Assembly (NCBI GenBank): GCA_963748015.1
Contig: CAVVHE010000009.1
Span: forward strand, 320,001 to 384,000
Direction: 5' to 3'
DNA: 64,000 nucleotides
Origin: Terriglobia bacterium
GTDB lineage: Bacteria > Acidobacteriota > Polarisedimenticolia > Polarisedimenticolales > JAIQFR01
Of the stretch, positions 61,061-64,000 are shown one piece after another. The translations under genes and the position numbers were made by a program. Below the pieces are notes generated by a model, which did not search any database, was not told the DNA's origin, and saw nothing but the letters and a program-made list of their open reading frames with translations. Positions within the stretch are counted from its first letter, which is position 1; every line of letters starts with the position of its first letter.

Positions 61061-62333
61061 GCCGCCGATCCGCGTGCGGCGCGCGTCGATCATCTGGAAG
61101 TAGCTCTCGAGGCGGTTCTTGATGTTCGCCGCCGAGAAGTAGCGCGGGTCCACGAGGTCCGACTCGATGAACGCCCCGGGCACGCCGGTCCGGCTCTCCA
61201 CCTCGCGAAGCATCATGAGCTGCCCCGCCGAGAAGGAGTTGCAGGACTTCACGGAGTTGATCAGGAAGCCGTCGGCCGAGTACTCGCGGACGTAGGTCGC
61301 GAGCATCTCGACCCGCGACGGGAGATTCAGGTTCGTGTAGCAGCCGCTGCAGTAGTCGGCCATGGTGCCGATCGGGTCCTTCGGGTCGTGCCGGAAGCCG
61401 AAATCGTACGTGCCGCCGACCTTGCTGTAGGTCGAGGCGACCACCACCGCCCCCTCGTCCGCGAACATCTTCCAGAAGTCCCGGAAGTGGGTCCAGTTCG
61501 GCGGCCCCTCGATCACGAGGCGGTACTTCTGGTCGTCGAGCGATCCCTCCGGCGTGATCGGGCCCAAGCCCGCCGCGGCGCGGGCCTCGACCTCCTCGCG
61601 GAGCGCTCGGTAGTACTCCACCCCTTCCTCGGTGCCGCGGAACGCGCTGAAGATCGGCCCGACGTAGTAGACCGCGCCGAAGTACCCGTCGATCGGGCTG
61701 GGGCGGCGCTTGGCGGAGTGGAGCACGGCGACCAGGTCGTCCTCGGCCCGCGCCGACAGGCCGAGGAGCTCGCTGAGCCTGTCCTCGTCGTACGCCCTGC
61801 CGGTGGCCTTCTCGAGCGCCGGGATCACCGCGTCCCTGGAGCTGCCGGATCATGTACTCGCGCTGCTGCGGCTCCAGCTTCCCGTCCCCCTGGTACGGGA
61901 CGTGGAAAAGCACGGTCGGGCAGTCGTACTCCTCGCGGAGGAGCTCGAACCACTTCATGAACGTGTAGCAGCCGGTGTAGGAGAGCAGGAGGAGGTCCGG
62001 CTTCGGCAGGCGGGTGCCCGCGGGGCCGATGTTGCCCGACTTCAGCATGCCGAGGTCGCACTTCACGTAGGTGCAGACGTCCTCGGAGTGGCCGGACCGC
62101 TCCGCCTCGGCGATGTAGTCCGCCGACTGCTTCCGCATCCCGGATTGAAGCGCGTTGATCTCCGGCAGCACGGGGAGCGCGCCGAACGACCGTATCAGCT
62201 CCGTGAGGTTGCCCGGGACGAAGGTGTAGACCACGGGCTCCCGGGTCTCGGGGGCCTTCTCGAGCCGCTTGAAATGCCGCTCGATCATCTCCTTCTGCAA
62301 GACCATCGAGCGATCCTTCTGAACTTCGGCCAT
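61057..62333 (-). CDS. bcrB: Benzoyl-CoA reductase subunit B; frameshift near 61835 and stop uncertain
   Basis: Motifs [56 protein letters not shown] and [11 protein letters not shown]. Confidence 0.88.
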
Positions 62334-63502
62334 CACGCCCCTCCCCAGAGCTTGATCGAGTCCGAGAACGTTCCCGCCTGCTCGCGGAACTGCTGGAACT
62401 GCCCGCTGTTCTCGGAGTACTTGAACGCGATGCAGGGGATTCCGGCCTCCTCGGCCCCCGCGCGGAGCATCGGCTGGTCGAGCAGCGCCGGATCGCAGAA
62501 GCTCGCCGCCGCGAAGATGATCCCGTCGGCGCTCGCGGCGCCGGCTCGCTCCTTCATGAGCCGCCGCTTGCCCCGCGGGTCGGGCTCGTACAGCACCGCG
62601 GTCCGGAGGTCGTTGCGGATGAAGGCGTCGGCGAGGGAACGGATCGGGTCGCCCTCCGTCGAGACGTCCGCGGTCAGGAACCGGTTACCCAGCAGGAAGT
62701 CGTCGTCCACGATGTAGCACCCGGCGCGCTCGATCGTCTTGATGAGCCCGAGCGGCGGCTGCTCGCAGAAGGCGCCGACGACGATGACCCGGCTGTTGTC
62801 GCGCGGCCGGCCCGGCTCCGCCTCGATCGCCGCGAGGTACGCGCGCGCCTTCTCGATGAAGAGCTCGGCGGGAACCACCTCGCCGGCCCGCATCAGCAGG
62901 TAGAGTTCCTCGGTCGGCACGTTCCACGGCGCGTCGCGGCGGGCGCGGTAGAGCGCGCGCACCCAACTCCGCGCGGCGTTGTAGAGCGCGATGGACTCCC
63001 GCAGGGCGCTCTCGTCCGCCGGCCGGCCGGACACCTCGCCGAGGTCCCTCGCGAGGCAGCGCAACTCTCCCTCCCAGAACGCTCCGCCGGTCGAGGGCGC
63101 CATCACCTGCGGCACGTCGATGTACCGGACGTAGGTTCCGGGATACAGGAGCTTCCACATGCCCGACAGGTTGCGGATCACGTCGCACGTGGACGGGAAG
63201 AGGACGGCCGAGAGCATGTCGAGCCGTCCCGACTGCGCGAGCTCGACCACCGACCGCGGCAGGTGGCAGATGTAGCTCTGGTAGAACGCGTCGCCCCGGA
63301 TGATCTCGAGGCGATCGCCGCCGCCGTGGATCCCGACCGGCAACAGGCCCGAGGCGTGGATGACCTCCCGGGGGACGTACACCGGGAGGTAGCCGGCGGC
63401 GCGGCGCCCGGGGTGGTCGGCGAGCCAGCCGCGCACCGCCGCGAAGTCGAGGTCCTCGTACAGGCCCTTGGCCCAATCGACGAGTTCGGCCCGTGTCGCC
63501 AC
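62333..63502 (-). CDS. bcrC: Benzoyl-CoA reductase subunit C
   Basis: AGGAGA then GTG 63502. Motifs LEIIRGDAFYQSYICH, FPSTCDVIRNLSG, GAFCEQPP, SFCDPALLD and FKYSENSGQFQQFREQAGTF. Confidence 0.9.
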   Translation of the reverse strand: MATRAELVDWAKGLYEDLDFAAVRGWLADHPGRRAAGYLPVYVPREVIHASGLLPVGIHGGGDRLEIIRGDAFYQSYICHLPRSVVELAQSGRLDMLSAVLFPSTCDVIRNLSGMWKLLYPGTYVRYIDVPQVMAPSTGGAFWEGELRCLARDLGEVSGRPADESALRESIALYNAARSWVRALYRARRDAPWNVPTEELYLLMRAGEVVPAELFIEKARAYLAAIEAEPGRPRDNSRVIVVGAFCEQPPLGLIKTIERAGCYIVDDDFLLGNRFLTADVSTEGDPIRSLADAFIRNDLRTAVLYEPDPRGKRRLMKERAGAASADGIIFAAASFCDPALLDQPMLRAGAEEAGIPCIAFKYSENSGQFQQFREQAGTFSDSIKLWGGA

Positions 63503-63532
63503 TGCGTTCTCCTGTCGGCGGCAGACAATAAT

Positions 63533-63577
63533 TCGAACGAACGTTCGATATAATACCTTGAAATGCCACCATGTCAA
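63533..63577 (-). promoter_or_regulatory. Sigma-70 promoter and palindromic operator of the bcr operon
   Basis: TTGACA (63577-63572), 16 bp, TATTAT (63555-63550), 1 nt, then TCGAACG-N2-CGTTCGA (63533-63548). Confidence 0.75.
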
Positions 63578-63719
63578 GCGAATTCAACCGCGTAAGGCAC
63601 CGCGGTTGGGGCTTCTCGCGGCCGCGAGCGCCTCTTCGCGGTATCCTTCCAGGGTCCGCGTCGATCCTTGGATTGGCAGCTACGCCGGAGGTGCCGTCGC
63701 GTCGCCGGAAAGGGGTCTC

Positions 63720-64000
63720 ATGCGCTCGATCGAAGGGGGTCGCCGTTCCAGGTCCGTGCTGTTGCTCCTCGCGGTCGCGATGGCCGTGGCGCTTCCCGGC
63801 CAGGTCGCCGCCAAGCGGCAGGCCCACGTGGACGCGCTCGCCGCGAGCGGCGCCACGCGGGAGCTTGCCGCGGAGACGCGGTCGCCCGCCTTCGTCCGCG
63901 ACGACCGGCCGCTCCAGACGGAGCCGCGCCTCGGCGTGCCCACGTTCGTATGGGCGGCGAAGCGCCCCGTCACGTACCCGGTCCGCGGCCCGGAGGAGGC
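63720..64000 (+). CDS. 5' part of a secreted protein, possibly an M36/M4 metallopeptidase propeptide; runs off the window
   Basis: Signal peptide VLLLLAVAMAVALPGQVAA, then EPRLGVPTFVWA. The frame is open to the window end. Confidence 0.5.
   Translation, partial: MRSIEGGRRSRSVLLLLAVAMAVALPGQVAAKRQAHVDALAASGATRELAAETRSPAFVRDDRPLQTEPRLGVPTFVWAAKRPVTYPVRGPEE

Noticed and set aside
58917..62336. 1139-aa ORF as a single BcrB-BcrD protein
   Set aside because: The middle is off-frame Arg/Pro/Gly-rich text. The bcrB 5' part and bcrD share a frame by chance after the frameshift.

Overview
GC-rich bacterial DNA, probably a long-read or metagenomic contig. Gene content suggests Acidobacteriota or Myxococcota, which is an inference only. 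The core is an anaerobic benzoyl-CoA pathway split into two minus-strand operons. The first is bcrC-bcrB-bcrA-bcrD-GNAT-gcdH (57.3-63.5 kb). The second is hcrB-like, hcrC/A-like fusion, TetR, xdhC, oah, SDR, thiolase, DUF35, dch, accessory genes and had (24.2-40.1 kb). Both operons carry an identical 16-bp palindrome (TCGAACGAACGTTCGA) one base downstream of the predicted -10 box. Two extra 'dehydratase/BCR-like subunit + ATPase activase + CoA ligase' triplets face each other in this region. The plus-strand triplet (18.4-22.7 kb) keeps the canonical motifs. In the minus-strand triplet (25.3-30.3 kb), an intact ketopantoate-reductase-like domain is fused to a dehydratase-family domain that has lost its aligned Fe-S cysteines, and the activase is degenerate. 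This is the best candidate for an undescribed system. A 17-kb block separates the catabolic operons. It encodes an RHH-MNT/HEPN toxin-antitoxin pair, a Ser/Thr kinase, a sigma-54 activator, a tail-fibre-like protein, a ~2170-aa Cys-rich surface protein, a DUF1566 protein and a beta-barrel. The first 18 kb encodes envelope and secreted proteins: PBP1A, a DUF3494 ice-binding-like lipoprotein, a SYLF protein, FG-GAP proteins and a phosphodiester-glycosidase/dockerin/cohesin protein. Two large secreted proteins with different architectures end in the same ~115-aa domain terminating in 'RDxEIxAxxxxCP', a candidate sorting or anchoring domain. A 163-bp nested palindromic element lies between the SDR and thiolase genes. 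Many frameshifts at 10.5-22 kb and near 61-62 kb are probably sequencing errors. No tRNA, rRNA, CRISPR array, integrase or transposase was recognised. All calls rest on motif recognition by eye, with no database searches.
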